A stretch of 31,915 nt of DNA from Oscillospiraceae bacterium (GCA_016290695.1 JAEEUX010000001.1:1-31915); one strand, 5' to 3'; positions 9,356 to 17,473 are shown, counted from the stretch's first letter. Made by a program: numbers and translations. Notes: generated from the letters alone by a model not told the origin.

Positions 9356-9609
9356 AACTTAAATGGGACGAGGATGCCTGGGACGACTATCTCGCATGGC
9401 AAACGCAGGATAAAAAGACTTTAAAACGAATTAACGCTTTACTGATGGATATAACGAGAAATCCATTCGAGGGCATAGGCAAACCGGAACCGTTGAAATA
9501 TCGTAATGGTTACTGGAGCAGGCGAATAGACGAAACGAATAGAGTTGTATACAAGATTGAAAATGACACTGTCGCCATAGCGTCCGTAAGAGGTCATTAT
9601 GAAGACTGA
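9352..9609 (+). CDS. yoeB: Txe/YoeB-family ribosome-dependent mRNase toxin
   Basis: MKLKWDEDAWDDYLAWQ...GIGKPEPLK...WSRRI...NRVVY...RGHY; equivalents of the E. coli YoeB catalytic Glu46, Arg65, His83 and Tyr84 are retained. Confidence 0.93.
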   Translation: MKLKWDEDAWDDYLAWQTQDKKTLKRINALLMDITRNPFEGIGKPEPLKYRNGYWSRRIDETNRVVYKIENDTVAIASVRGHYED

Positions 9610-9657
9610 ATGCTAAGGAAGCCAAGCCGAATGTTGGCGAACTGAGTGTGATCACTT

Positions 9658-9671
9658 ATCTCTGACAGAAA
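9658..9671. repeat. 14-bp direct repeat, right copy (ATCTCTGACAGAAA)
   Basis: Identical to 8932-8945; runs into the argR RBS (AGAAAGGA). Confidence 0.9.
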
Positions 9672-9685
9672 GGAACCGAACTGTA

Positions 9686-10144
9686 ATGAAAAATGACAGA
9701 CAGATGAAGATCCTCGAAATCATTGAAAAAAACGATATTGAAACGCAGGGGCAGCTTATCGAGGAACTGAACAAGTACGGATTTGAAAGCACGCAGGCGA
9801 CGGTTTCGCGCGATATGCGAGAGCTGCGTCTCGTCAAGGAACTCACAAAAGCGGGTTCCTATCGTTACACAGCCCCGGCAGAGACCCCCGACCGCAATTA
9901 TTTCGAGCGCCTGAAAACTATCTTCCGCGAGTCGGTGACGAGCTTTGCCTGCGCGCAGAACCTCGTCGTCATCAAGACGCTGCCCGGCCTTGCCAACGCA
10001 GCCGGTTCCGCGATAGACTCTATGAACATCGCCCATCTCGTCGGTTCCCTCGCGGGCGACGATACGCTTTTCCTTGCAATGGAGGATAATTCCTCGGCGA
10101 AGGTGTTCTGCAACGAGATTCAGACCATGCTCAAGGATAGATGA
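9686..10144 (+). CDS. argR: Arginine repressor
   Basis: wHTH TQATVSRD; oligomerisation domain LPGLANAAG; AGDDT arginine-binding motif. Confidence 0.95.
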   Translation: MKNDRQMKILEIIEKNDIETQGQLIEELNKYGFESTQATVSRDMRELRLVKELTKAGSYRYTAPAETPDRNYFERLKTIFRESVTSFACAQNLVVIKTLPGLANAAGSAIDSMNIAHLVGSLAGDDTLFLAMEDNSSAKVFCNEIQTMLKDR

Positions 10145-10168
10145 CGAAATAAGGAAAGCTGACGAATT

Positions 10169-11869
10169 ATGTTAAATCTGCTCCACATTGAAAACGTCGC
10201 CGTTATCGAAAAAGCCGAGCTCGAATTTGAACCCGGGCTGAACGTCCTCACGGGCGAAACGGGCGCAGGCAAATCCATTATTATCGACTCGATTAACGCC
10301 ATTCTCGGCGAGCGCGTCGGCAAGGGGCTCGTCCGCACGGGCGCAGCAAGCGCCGTCATTACGGCGGAGTTTTCGTCCGACAGCCTGCCGCAGACTTGGT
10401 TTGAAGAAAACGATATAGAGTATGAAGCGGGGGAGAGCCTTGTCGTCATGCGGAAAATAAGCGCGGACGGGAAGAGCTCTGGCCGTATCAACGGCATGCC
10501 CGTCAGCACGGCCTGTATGCGCGAGCTGGGCGATATGCTCATAGACGTTCACGGCCAGAACGACGGACGGCGCCTGCTGAACGAAGCAAGCCACCGCGCC
10601 TATCTCGACGGCTTTGGCGCGCTCGGCGGCGCTCTTGCGGAGTATAAGAAGCATTACGAGGCGTATAAGACTCTCAAGGCGGCGCTGAACGAGCTGCGGG
10701 AGCACGAAAACGACAAGGAGCGCCTTGCCGACGAGCTTCGGGGCAAAATTGCGGAGATAGAGGAACTTGACCCGCGCGCGGACGAATACGATGAGCTGAA
10801 GGCTAATTGCGAGCTCATGCGTAATTCCGAGAAAATAAGCGAATTTATTGACCGCGCGTATTACGCGATGTACGGGGGCGATAATACCGACGGCGCGCTC
10901 GCCCTTTTGAGCGAGGCGGACGCTGAGCTTGAGTCCGCCGTGCGTTACACTGACAGGCTCGATGAGCTTGCCAAGACCCTGCGGGATTTGCGATACGGCG
11001 CCGAGGACGTCACGGACAGCCTTATGCGTTTCCGCGAAAGCCTCGATTTTTCCGTTTCGGAGCTTGACCGCGCGGAAACGCGCCTCAACAGGCTTGAAAA
11101 GCTAATTAAAAAATACGGTTCGCTTGAGGCCGTTCCCGAGCTTTTGAAAAAGATGAAAAACGACCTTGAGGACGTTGAGTATCTATCTGAAAACATAGAA
11201 AAGCGCGAAAATGAGCTTGACGCAAAGCGCGCTTCACTTAAAAAAGAAGCCGCCGCAATCTCCGCAAAGCGCGCAAAATGCGCCTCCGAGCTTGAAAAGC
11301 GCATAGTCAAGGAGCTTTCGGAGCTGAATATGCCGAAGGTCAGCTTCCGCGTTGAGATATCTCCGCTCGGCGGGGAGGACGGCTTCGATTCCACGGGCTG
11401 CGATGCCGTGCGCTTCCTCATGTCGGCTAACGCGGGCGAGGAGCTTGGCAGGATAAGCAAAATCGCCTCCGGCGGCGAGCTTTCGAGAATTATGCTTGCA
11501 ATGAAAACCGTCCTTTCTGATTCCGAGGCGACGGAAACCCTCATATTTGACGAAATTGACACGGGCGTATCCGGCAAGGCGGCCCAAAGCGTCGCGGAAA
11601 AGTTAGCGGTGCTCAGCAGGGGTAAGCAGGTTCTATGCGTGACGCATCTTCCGCAGCTTGCTGTAATGGCGGACGCAGGCTTCCTCATAGAAAAATCCGA
11701 GAGCGAGGGAAGAACCTTTACGAGCGCCCGCAAGCTCGATAATGAGGGGCGGAAAAACGAAATAGCCCGCATAACGGGCGGCGCAAACATAACCGAAACC
11801 CTTCTCGAAAGCGCGGCAGAGCAGCTCGCTGCCGCAAGAAAATTCAAGGAAGGTCTGAAAAGCTTATGA
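10169..11869 (+). CDS. recN: DNA repair protein RecN
   Basis: Walker A GETGAGKS, coiled coil, SGGELSR signature, Walker B LIFDEID, VTHLPQ. Confidence 0.96.
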   Translation: MLNLLHIENVAVIEKAELEFEPGLNVLTGETGAGKSIIIDSINAILGERVGKGLVRTGAASAVITAEFSSDSLPQTWFEENDIEYEAGESLVVMRKISADGKSSGRINGMPVSTACMRELGDMLIDVHGQNDGRRLLNEASHRAYLDGFGALGGALAEYKKHYEAYKTLKAALNELREHENDKERLADELRGKIAEIEELDPRADEYDELKANCELMRNSEKISEFIDRAYYAMYGGDNTDGALALLSEADAELESAVRYTDRLDELAKTLRDLRYGAEDVTDSLMRFRESLDFSVSELDRAETRLNRLEKLIKKYGSLEAVPELLKKMKNDLEDVEYLSENIEKRENELDAKRASLKKEAAAISAKRAKCASELEKRIVKELSELNMPKVSFRVEISPLGGEDGFDSTGCDAVRFLMSANAGEELGRISKIASGGELSRIMLAMKTVLSDSEATETLIFDEIDTGVSGKAAQSVAEKLAVLSRGKQVLCVTHLPQLAVMADAGFLIEKSESEGRTFTSARKLDNEGRKNEIARITGGANITETLLESAAEQLAAARKFKEGLKSL

Positions 11870-12195
11870 GCACACAATCCACGATATACGTCGGCCTGAA
11901 CGACGCAGACACGAAGGTCCAAAAATTCGATACGGAGAAATACATATCAGTTCTCCGTAATGTATGCCATAACTATAACGTCGCTTTTTCATTCCACATG
12001 ATAAACGGCGGCTATTTTCATGACGACGGGCGCTATACGGAGGAAAATACTTTGGTCCTCATCCTTATAGATGTCCCGGAGAATACGGTCAGGGAAATAG
12101 CAAAAGACCTTTGCGCCTTCTTCCATCAGGAAAGCGTCATGGTGACTGCAGCTCCATGTTCTGTCGAGTTCGTGCGGGAGAACGTTGAAGAGTGA
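11866..12195 (+). CDS. Small hypothetical protein, DUF3574-like
   Basis: ATGA overlap with recN. The pattern IYVGL...GGY...EENTLVLIL...IAKDLCAFFHQESVMV resembles DUF3574 (recognised from memory, not searched). Confidence 0.65.
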   Translation: MSTQSTIYVGLNDADTKVQKFDTEKYISVLRNVCHNYNVAFSFHMINGGYFHDDGRYTEENTLVLILIDVPENTVREIAKDLCAFFHQESVMVTAAPCSVEFVRENVEE

Positions 12196-12232
12196 ACTGC
12201 TTCAACGAAGAAATTTTGCCCGCCAAAATCAG

Positions 12233-12260
12233 TTGACAAATAATTTCAATATGATATACT
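12233..12260 (+). promoter_or_regulatory. Sigma-A promoter of the T-box/tyrS transcript
   Basis: TTGACA(12233-12238)-N16-TATACT(12255-12260) with extended -10 TG. Confidence 0.8.
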
Positions 12261-12266
12261 ACATTA

Positions 12267-12545
12267 AGTTTAAAGGCAATGATGAGAGCAAGTAGCCAAA
12301 GCTTGCTTGCGCAGAGAGGCTCCGGTTTGGTGTAAGGAGCTGTTGCGGCTTTGGTGAATACATCTCGGAGCAGCCGCCCGAACCCGCCTTGTGCGGCAGT
12401 AGGAGCGGACGGGGTTCGCCCGTTACAGCGTTTGGGGAACCCGTTCCCCGTGAGGCGCGCGCCGCGAGGCCCGCGCGAACAGAGGTGGTACCGCGTAATT
12501 ACTACGCCCTCTTTCAGAGATTATCTGAGAGAGGGCGTTTTCTTG
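12267..12545 (+). ncRNA. T-box riboswitch with Tyr (UAC) specifier
   Basis: AGAGA box (12313-12317), GGTG distal loop, specifier GAA-TAC (codon 12359-12361), T-box AACAGAGGTGGTACCGCG (about 12478-12495), terminator; upstream of tyrS. Confidence 0.95.
12504..12545 (+). terminator. T-box attenuator terminator
   Basis: ACGCCCTCT-T-TCAGA / GATTA / TCTGA-G-AGAGGGCGT followed by TTTCTTGTT. Confidence 0.9.
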
Positions 12546-12641
12546 TTGAAGGGGGACTGGATATGGACGGCATTGCCGGGATCTATGGGCGTAGCCCCGT
12601 TTTTGAATTAATAATAAATTTTTAGAGATAGGTGAAAGACA

Positions 12642-13874
12642 ATGGAAATGTATGAAGAATTAGTTGCCCGCGGGCTTATCGCTCAGGTTACGGACGAAAA
12701 AGAAATCCGCGAGCTTATTAACGGCGGCAAAGCCCGCTTTTACATCGGCTTTGACTGCACGGCGGACAGCCTTACCGCAGGACATTTCATGGCGCTCACA
12801 CTGATGAAGCGTTTGCAGCAGGCGGGAAACCAGCCCATCGCGCTTATCGGCGGCGGCACGACAATGATAGGCGACCCCTCCGGGCGCACCGACATGAGAA
12901 AAATGCTCACGCGCGAGGACATCGACCATAACGCGGCCTGCTTCCGCCGCCAGATGGAGAAGTTCATCGAGTTCGGCCCCGATAAGGCCCTCATGGTAAA
13001 CAACGCCGATTGGCTGCTTAACCTTAACTATGTCGAGCTGCTGCGGGAGGTTGGCCCCCACTTCTCCGTGAACAATATGCTGCGCGCCGAGTGCTACAAA
13101 AACCGCATGGAGCGCGGCCTCAGCTTCTTTGAGTTCAACTACATGATAATGCAGTCCTACGACTTTTATCATCTTTTCCAGCATTACGGCTGCAATATGC
13201 AGTTCGGCGGCGACGACCAGTGGAGCAATATGCTCGGCGGCACTGAGCTTATCCGCAAGAAGCTCGGCAAGGATGCTTACGCCATGACTATTACGCTTCT
13301 GACGGACTCCAACGGCAACAAGATGGGCAAGACTGCGGGCAACGCCGTCTGGCTCGACCCCAACAAGACCTCTCCTTTCGAGTTCTATCAGTATTGGCGC
13401 AACGTGGGCGACGCGGACGTTATAAAGTGCCTCAAGATGCTCACCTTCCTGCCGCTTGAAGAGATAAACGAGATGGCAAAGTGGGAGGGCAGCCAGCTCA
13501 ACCGCGCCAAGGAGATACTTGCCTTTGAGCTTACGAAGCTCGTTCACTCCGAGGCCGAAGCCGAGGAAGCGCAGAATACCGCCCGCGCCCTGTTCAGCCA
13601 GGGCGGTGACGTGGCGAATATGCCGTCTCAGGCTATAAGCGAAGATAAATTCGCCGCCGACGGAACCGTCGGCGCTATCGACCTGCTTGTTCTCAGCGGG
13701 CTTTGCAGTTCTAACGGCGATGCGCGCCGCAATATCCAGCAGGGCGGCGTTGAGATAGCGGGCAAGAAGGTTGCCGATACCTCCGTCCGCTTCACGAAGG
13801 ACGACCTAAAGGGCGAGGGCATCGTGGTAAAACGCGGAAAGAAAAACTTTTGCCGCGTTTATATCGAAGGCTAA
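12642..13874 (+). CDS. tyrS: Tyrosine--tRNA ligase
   Basis: YIGFDCTADSL, IGDPSGR, YMIMQSYDF, QFGGDDQWSN, KMGKT, C-terminal S4 domain; Tyr T-box upstream. Confidence 0.97.
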   Translation: MEMYEELVARGLIAQVTDEKEIRELINGGKARFYIGFDCTADSLTAGHFMALTLMKRLQQAGNQPIALIGGGTTMIGDPSGRTDMRKMLTREDIDHNAACFRRQMEKFIEFGPDKALMVNNADWLLNLNYVELLREVGPHFSVNNMLRAECYKNRMERGLSFFEFNYMIMQSYDFYHLFQHYGCNMQFGGDDQWSNMLGGTELIRKKLGKDAYAMTITLLTDSNGNKMGKTAGNAVWLDPNKTSPFEFYQYWRNVGDADVIKCLKMLTFLPLEEINEMAKWEGSQLNRAKEILAFELTKLVHSEAEAEEAQNTARALFSQGGDVANMPSQAISEDKFAADGTVGAIDLLVLSGLCSSNGDARRNIQQGGVEIAGKKVADTSVRFTKDDLKGEGIVVKRGKKNFCRVYIEG

Positions 13875-13886
13875 ACGATAATTAAA

Positions 13887-13916
13887 GGCCCGGCGTTTTT
13901 AGTCGAACGCCGGGCC
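13887..13916 (-). terminator. Terminator hairpin between convergent tyrS and GNAT genes
   Basis: Perfect 11-bp stem GGCCCGGCGTT/AACGCCGGGCC; followed by TTTAAT on the minus strand; the GNAT stop codon lies in the loop. Confidence 0.7.
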
Positions 13917-14726
13917 GAAGTAAATATCATCCGGCGCATCTGCGCCGCAGAGCATCCCGAAGGGTATTTTTTCTTCGGGGTGCTTTTTTGTATGCGGATA
14001 AAAATATTCGCAGCAGGGGAGAGAGAAGGAAGCGCAGAGCGCTTCGGCAAAGGGCCTCGGCTCGTCTTCAAGGCTCAGAAGCTCCTTTATAATTAGCCTG
14101 CCGTCCGAAATTTCGCAGGCGGCGACAGCCTCCGATGCACCGAGAGATAGCTTGTAAAGTCCGCCGTCAGAGAGCTTCATCGTTGTTTCAAAAAAGCTCG
14201 CAGCGGTTTTGTTCAGCCGGACGTGCGCTCGCCCGCAAAGGTATTTTTCGCGCAGCACGGAATACTGCTCCGCACCTACGGCCTCGCGCTCAAAACCCGC
14301 GTAATAGCGGGGCAGAGCGCTGGCCTTCGCCGTGTAAAACGCCGTCCGGTAGCAGAAGCGCTCATAATAAGAAAAAAGACTGTCTTCCGCCGGGACGAGC
14401 GCGGAAGCTCCATCCTCGCTCTGAATACGGCGCACTATTTTCGCCGCAAGACCGCATCCCCGATGCTCGGGCAGTGTCGCGAGCGCGTAAAGGTAGCCAA
14501 ATGGGATTTCCCCTCCCTTAAAAACAATAGAGCCTGTATCGAGCGAATAGCCGGCGGCGACGAGCCTGCCGCCGCGCCTTGCGCCGAAAGCCCTGATATG
14601 CCCCTCAAGGGAAGAGAAAAAAAGAGAAATATACTCTTCCTCATCGCCGAAAACCTCGCTCCAGATGCGGCTAAGCTCGGACAAATCGGCGCCCCGCAGG
14701 GGGATGGTTTCAATCAAATCTTCCAT
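13899..14726 (-). CDS. GNAT-family N-acetyltransferase (Eis-like N-terminal domain)
   Basis: Motif A YLYALATLPEHRGCGLA and LVPAEDSLFSYYERF; 13-nt overlap with the DUF2156 gene. Confidence 0.85.
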   Translation of the reverse strand: MEDLIETIPLRGADLSELSRIWSEVFGDEEEYISLFFSSLEGHIRAFGARRGGRLVAAGYSLDTGSIVFKGGEIPFGYLYALATLPEHRGCGLAAKIVRRIQSEDGASALVPAEDSLFSYYERFCYRTAFYTAKASALPRYYAGFEREAVGAEQYSVLREKYLCGRAHVRLNKTAASFFETTMKLSDGGLYKLSLGASEAVAACEISDGRLIIKELLSLEDEPRPFAEALCASFSLPCCEYFYPHTKKHPEEKIPFGMLCGADAPDDIYFGPAFD

Positions 14727-15622
14727 ACGGCGGTATATTTTTCCTCCATAAAATCGGGGAAATACGAAAGCTTTGCCTTGCGAAGATTTTCAAGACCCAT
14801 ATCCTCTTCGCGGTTTATGTATTTCACCTCGGGGTATTTCTCCTTGATATAGCGCGCAAACTCACGGTTTATCATCTGATAAGCCCCGGTGATGGATGAA
14901 TCGGCCTTTTCAAAATGGGCGACGTAAGTGTCCTCGCTCAGCCTTTCACCGATCGTGAACGCGCAGGGACGCCCGCCGGCGTAAAGAAACGCACCGTCGA
15001 GTCCGAGCTCATCGAACTCCGTGAGCGCCTTTTTTATGGCAAGCGCCTCGGCTATGGCGGTCTCCTCGTCGCTTTCATGGCGCTCTATCATCCACTCGCG
15101 GTCAAGCTCCGCGCAAAGCGGAGCCGTGACGCTCGTCATGGGGTCAAAGCGCCACTCGTTTTCCGCGACGAAGCGGTTTATGTAATTGCGCTTGGCGTGC
15201 AGCTTCTTGCCTTCGAGCGAGGCGAGGCGGTCTATCGAATAAACGTAGTCGAAATAATCCGTCGCGGGCGAAAGCTCATACTGCCCGCCGAACGCTTTTT
15301 CCAGAAGCGCAAGCGCTTCCTTGGGGATAGAGTGCATGACAAGTTTCTTTCCGCGCTCACGGGCTCCGGCAACAAGCGGCTCGACCACGCTTTTTAACTT
15401 TTCATCGTCTTTGACCTCGATGGGATATGAAAAATAGCATTCGCTTTCAACCTCCGTGCAAATGACGAGGCAGCCTTCGATGATGCACCACGCCGCGGCG
15501 TAGCTCGCGCCCCAGCCGTAGATGTTCATGAAGCTGAAATCGGCGTTTCGTGTGCCTGTTGAATAAACGACAGGGTACATCCACTTCCTGTCGCTGAGAA
15601 TAACGGGTTTGAATTCGGGCAT
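14714..15622 (-). CDS. Stand-alone DUF2156 (phosphatidylglycerol lysyltransferase C-terminal-like) protein
   Basis: FDYVY...LASLEGKKLHAKRNYINRF, HFEKAD, GAYQMINREF, YINREEDMGLENLRKAKLSY.P; no transmembrane flippase domain. Confidence 0.85.
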   Translation of the reverse strand: MPEFKPVILSDRKWMYPVVYSTGTRNADFSFMNIYGWGASYAAAWCIIEGCLVICTEVESECYFSYPIEVKDDEKLKSVVEPLVAGARERGKKLVMHSIPKEALALLEKAFGGQYELSPATDYFDYVYSIDRLASLEGKKLHAKRNYINRFVAENEWRFDPMTSVTAPLCAELDREWMIERHESDEETAIAEALAIKKALTEFDELGLDGAFLYAGGRPCAFTIGERLSEDTYVAHFEKADSSITGAYQMINREFARYIKEKYPEVKYINREEDMGLENLRKAKLSYFPDFMEEKYTAVWKI

Positions 15623-15641
15623 AAATATACCTACTTTTCAA

Positions 15642-16205
15642 TCAGATGTTGGTGCATACCTCTTTGATTTTTTCCTGTAAACGCTTGAGGTCTTCAAAGG
15701 TCTCCGGTCTTTTGCCGGGGTCTCGCAGCAGTGCTGCGGGGTGATATAGCGCCATGATGTCGGCGTTTTCGTTTTTGAACCAAAGTCCGTGCTCGCGGGT
15801 TATTTTAAAATCCGGCTTAATGAAGCGCATCGCGGAAATACGCCCGAGGCAGACGATTATCTTTGGATTAATGAGCCTGCGCTGCTCGTTGAGCCACTCA
15901 ATGCAGGTGTCCTGCTCCTCGGGGTAGGGGTCGCGGTTATGCGGCGGGCGGCATTTGACGATGTTGGCTATGTATACTTTCGCGCGGTCAAGATTAATCA
16001 TTTCGAGCATGCTGTCAAGAAGCTTGCCTGCGCGGCCTACAAAGGGCTCGCCCTGTAAATCCTCCTGTTCTCCGGGGCCTTCGCCGATGAAAAGAATCTC
16101 GGAAGCGCGGTTGCCCACGCCGAAAACGAGGTTCGTGCGCCCCTCGGCAAGAGCGCATTTATTACATTTAAGACATTGCTCATAAAGACTATCCCAGCTT
16201 GACAT
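15642..16205 (-). CDS. Uracil-DNA glycosylase, family 4 (Fe-S)
   Basis: CxxC, GEGPG, GEPFVG, NIVKCRPP.NR, YHPAALLR; start moved to ATG 16205 (AAAGGA RBS). Confidence 0.92.
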   Translation of the reverse strand: MSSWDSLYEQCLKCNKCALAEGRTNLVFGVGNRASEILFIGEGPGEQEDLQGEPFVGRAGKLLDSMLEMINLDRAKVYIANIVKCRPPHNRDPYPEEQDTCIEWLNEQRRLINPKIIVCLGRISAMRFIKPDFKITREHGLWFKNENADIMALYHPAALLRDPGKRPETFEDLKRLQEKIKEVCTNI

Positions 16206-16247
16206 GTAATAACCTATCCTTTCACTTGGAATAATTCGCTTTTGCAC

Positions 16248-16276
16248 ATTATAACATATAGTATTGATATTTACAA
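16248..16276 (-). promoter_or_regulatory. Sigma-A promoter of the UDG-DUF2156-GNAT operon
   Basis: Minus strand TTGTAA-N17-TATAAT with extended -10 TG. Confidence 0.75.
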
Positions 16277-16402
16277 TGGAAAACACATATTATAACTACA
16301 TTATGTAAACCAAAGCTTGGCCGTATACATTTAGGAATAGTCATAATTATACAAAGCGCATAACAACAACATCTTTTTTTGAGAAAAATTTATATAATAC
16401 TC

Positions 16403-16431
16403 TTGCAAATGGCGATCTTGTATGCTATAAT
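16403..16431 (+). promoter_or_regulatory. Sigma-A promoter of the orphan membrane protein gene
   Basis: TTGCAA(16403-16408)-N17-TATAAT(16426-16431) with extended -10 TG. Confidence 0.75.
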
Positions 16432-16465
16432 GCCACTATCAAATACCAAGGGGTGTGCGGCAAAA

Positions 16466-16993
16466 ATGAAATTTGTGGATAGCAAAGCAAAATGCGGAAT
16501 TTATACTTTCCTGATTTATCTCGTCGTAATGTTTGAGATGAGCGTTCTTTCTGGTTACAGATTTATCACCGGCGAGGCTGATAAGTATGGTAACGGTATT
16601 ACGCTTGAAGCTAAGAAGGCTGTCAGTCTCAAGGCTATAGGCGAAAACGTAGGCTGGAACTATATAGTCTGCTCTGTCATTATAATCGTTGCGATGTTCC
16701 TCTTCGCAATGTGGATTGGCTATAACAGAAACTTCGGCGGCGTTTTGGGCATGATCATTATAAATGTCATTCCGTTTATCGGCCTTATTGCTCCCTCTAC
16801 TTATAATTTCTTCTGGAGCTACGGTACGGCTCACTTCCTTCCCGCGATGACTATTTTCGGACTCCACAAGAGCGGTTCTCATATCGGGCAGATCATATTT
16901 ATTGCCGCGGTGTTGGTGCTCACTGTTGTATTCTTCTTTATCGGCAAGGCTATCAGAAAGAAGCATGCCGAGAAGTATGAGTATGACGACTGA
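16466..16993 (+). CDS. Hypothetical multi-pass membrane protein (175 aa)
   Basis: About four hydrophobic helices and a charged C-terminal tail; AAGGGGTG RBS before ATG 16466; the track's 16379 start lies upstream of the promoter. Confidence 0.75.
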   Translation: MKFVDSKAKCGIYTFLIYLVVMFEMSVLSGYRFITGEADKYGNGITLEAKKAVSLKAIGENVGWNYIVCSVIIIVAMFLFAMWIGYNRNFGGVLGMIIINVIPFIGLIAPSTYNFFWSYGTAHFLPAMTIFGLHKSGSHIGQIIFIAAVLVLTVVFFFIGKAIRKKHAEKYEYDD

Positions 16994-17021
16994 TTTAATG
17001 CTTTGAGAATTTAGGCTAATT

Positions 17022-17058
17022 GCAGCAGAGCTTCTTGTCAGGAAGCTCTGCTGTTTTC
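17022..17058 (+). terminator. Intrinsic terminator
   Basis: CAGCAGAGCTTC / TTGTCAG / GAAGCTCTGCTG followed by TTTT. Confidence 0.85.
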
Positions 17059-17110
17059 ATATCTGCGGCAGAAGAACATTATTCCGGTGCGGAAAACATG
17101 CGGCAAAGCT

Positions 17111-17473
17111 TTATGGCTTTTCTTTCGGCTTCTTGATAAGGGCAAAGATAAATGAGAAGAATATTGCTGAGCTCAGTCCACAGGCTGCGGCTGTCATTGA
17201 GCCGGAGAGTACGCCGAGCCAGCCCTTCTCGTCAACGGCTTTTTTAACGCCTTTGGCAAGAACATTGCCGAAGCCCGTGAGGGGAACGGAGGCGCCCGCG
17301 CCAGCCCAATCGAGAAAGGGAGCATATATGCCCACGGCGCTGAGAATTATGCCGGCGACTACGTAGGAAACGAGTATTCTTGCCGGAGTTAGCGCCGTTT
17401 TGTCGATGAGAATTTGCCCAATCGCGCAGAGAACACCACCCGCGACGAAAGCCTTAACGAAACCAAGCAGCAT
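17111..17473 (-). CDS. spoVAE: Stage V sporulation protein AE (SpoVAEb-type)
   Basis: AFVAGGVLCAIGQILIDKT.LTPARILV...GAGASVPLTGFG; abuts the spoVAD stop codon. Confidence 0.9.
   Translation of the reverse strand: MLLGFVKAFVAGGVLCAIGQILIDKTALTPARILVSYVVAGIILSAVGIYAPFLDWAGAGASVPLTGFGNVLAKGVKKAVDEKGWLGVLSGSMTAAACGLSSAIFFSFIFALIKKPKEKP

Larger units (their letters stand above)
8932..9671 (+). mobile_element. Type II toxin-antitoxin islet flanked by direct repeats
   Basis: Two TA genes with their own promoter, visibly more AT-rich than the neighbours, bounded by an exact 14-bp repeat and interrupting the usual nadK-argR adjacency. No recombinase gene is present. Confidence 0.6.

Noticed and set aside
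10945-11922. 325-aa minus-strand Ser-rich ORF
   Set aside because: Antisense shadow of recN; the Ser/Phe richness mirrors Glu/Lys codons on the coding strand.
12351-12625. 78-aa and 86-aa ORFs over the tyrS leader
   Set aside because: They overlap the T-box RNA; only the last 20 codons have an RBS (reported separately).
12660-13547. 295-aa minus-strand ORF
   Set aside because: Antisense shadow of tyrS caused by biased codon usage.
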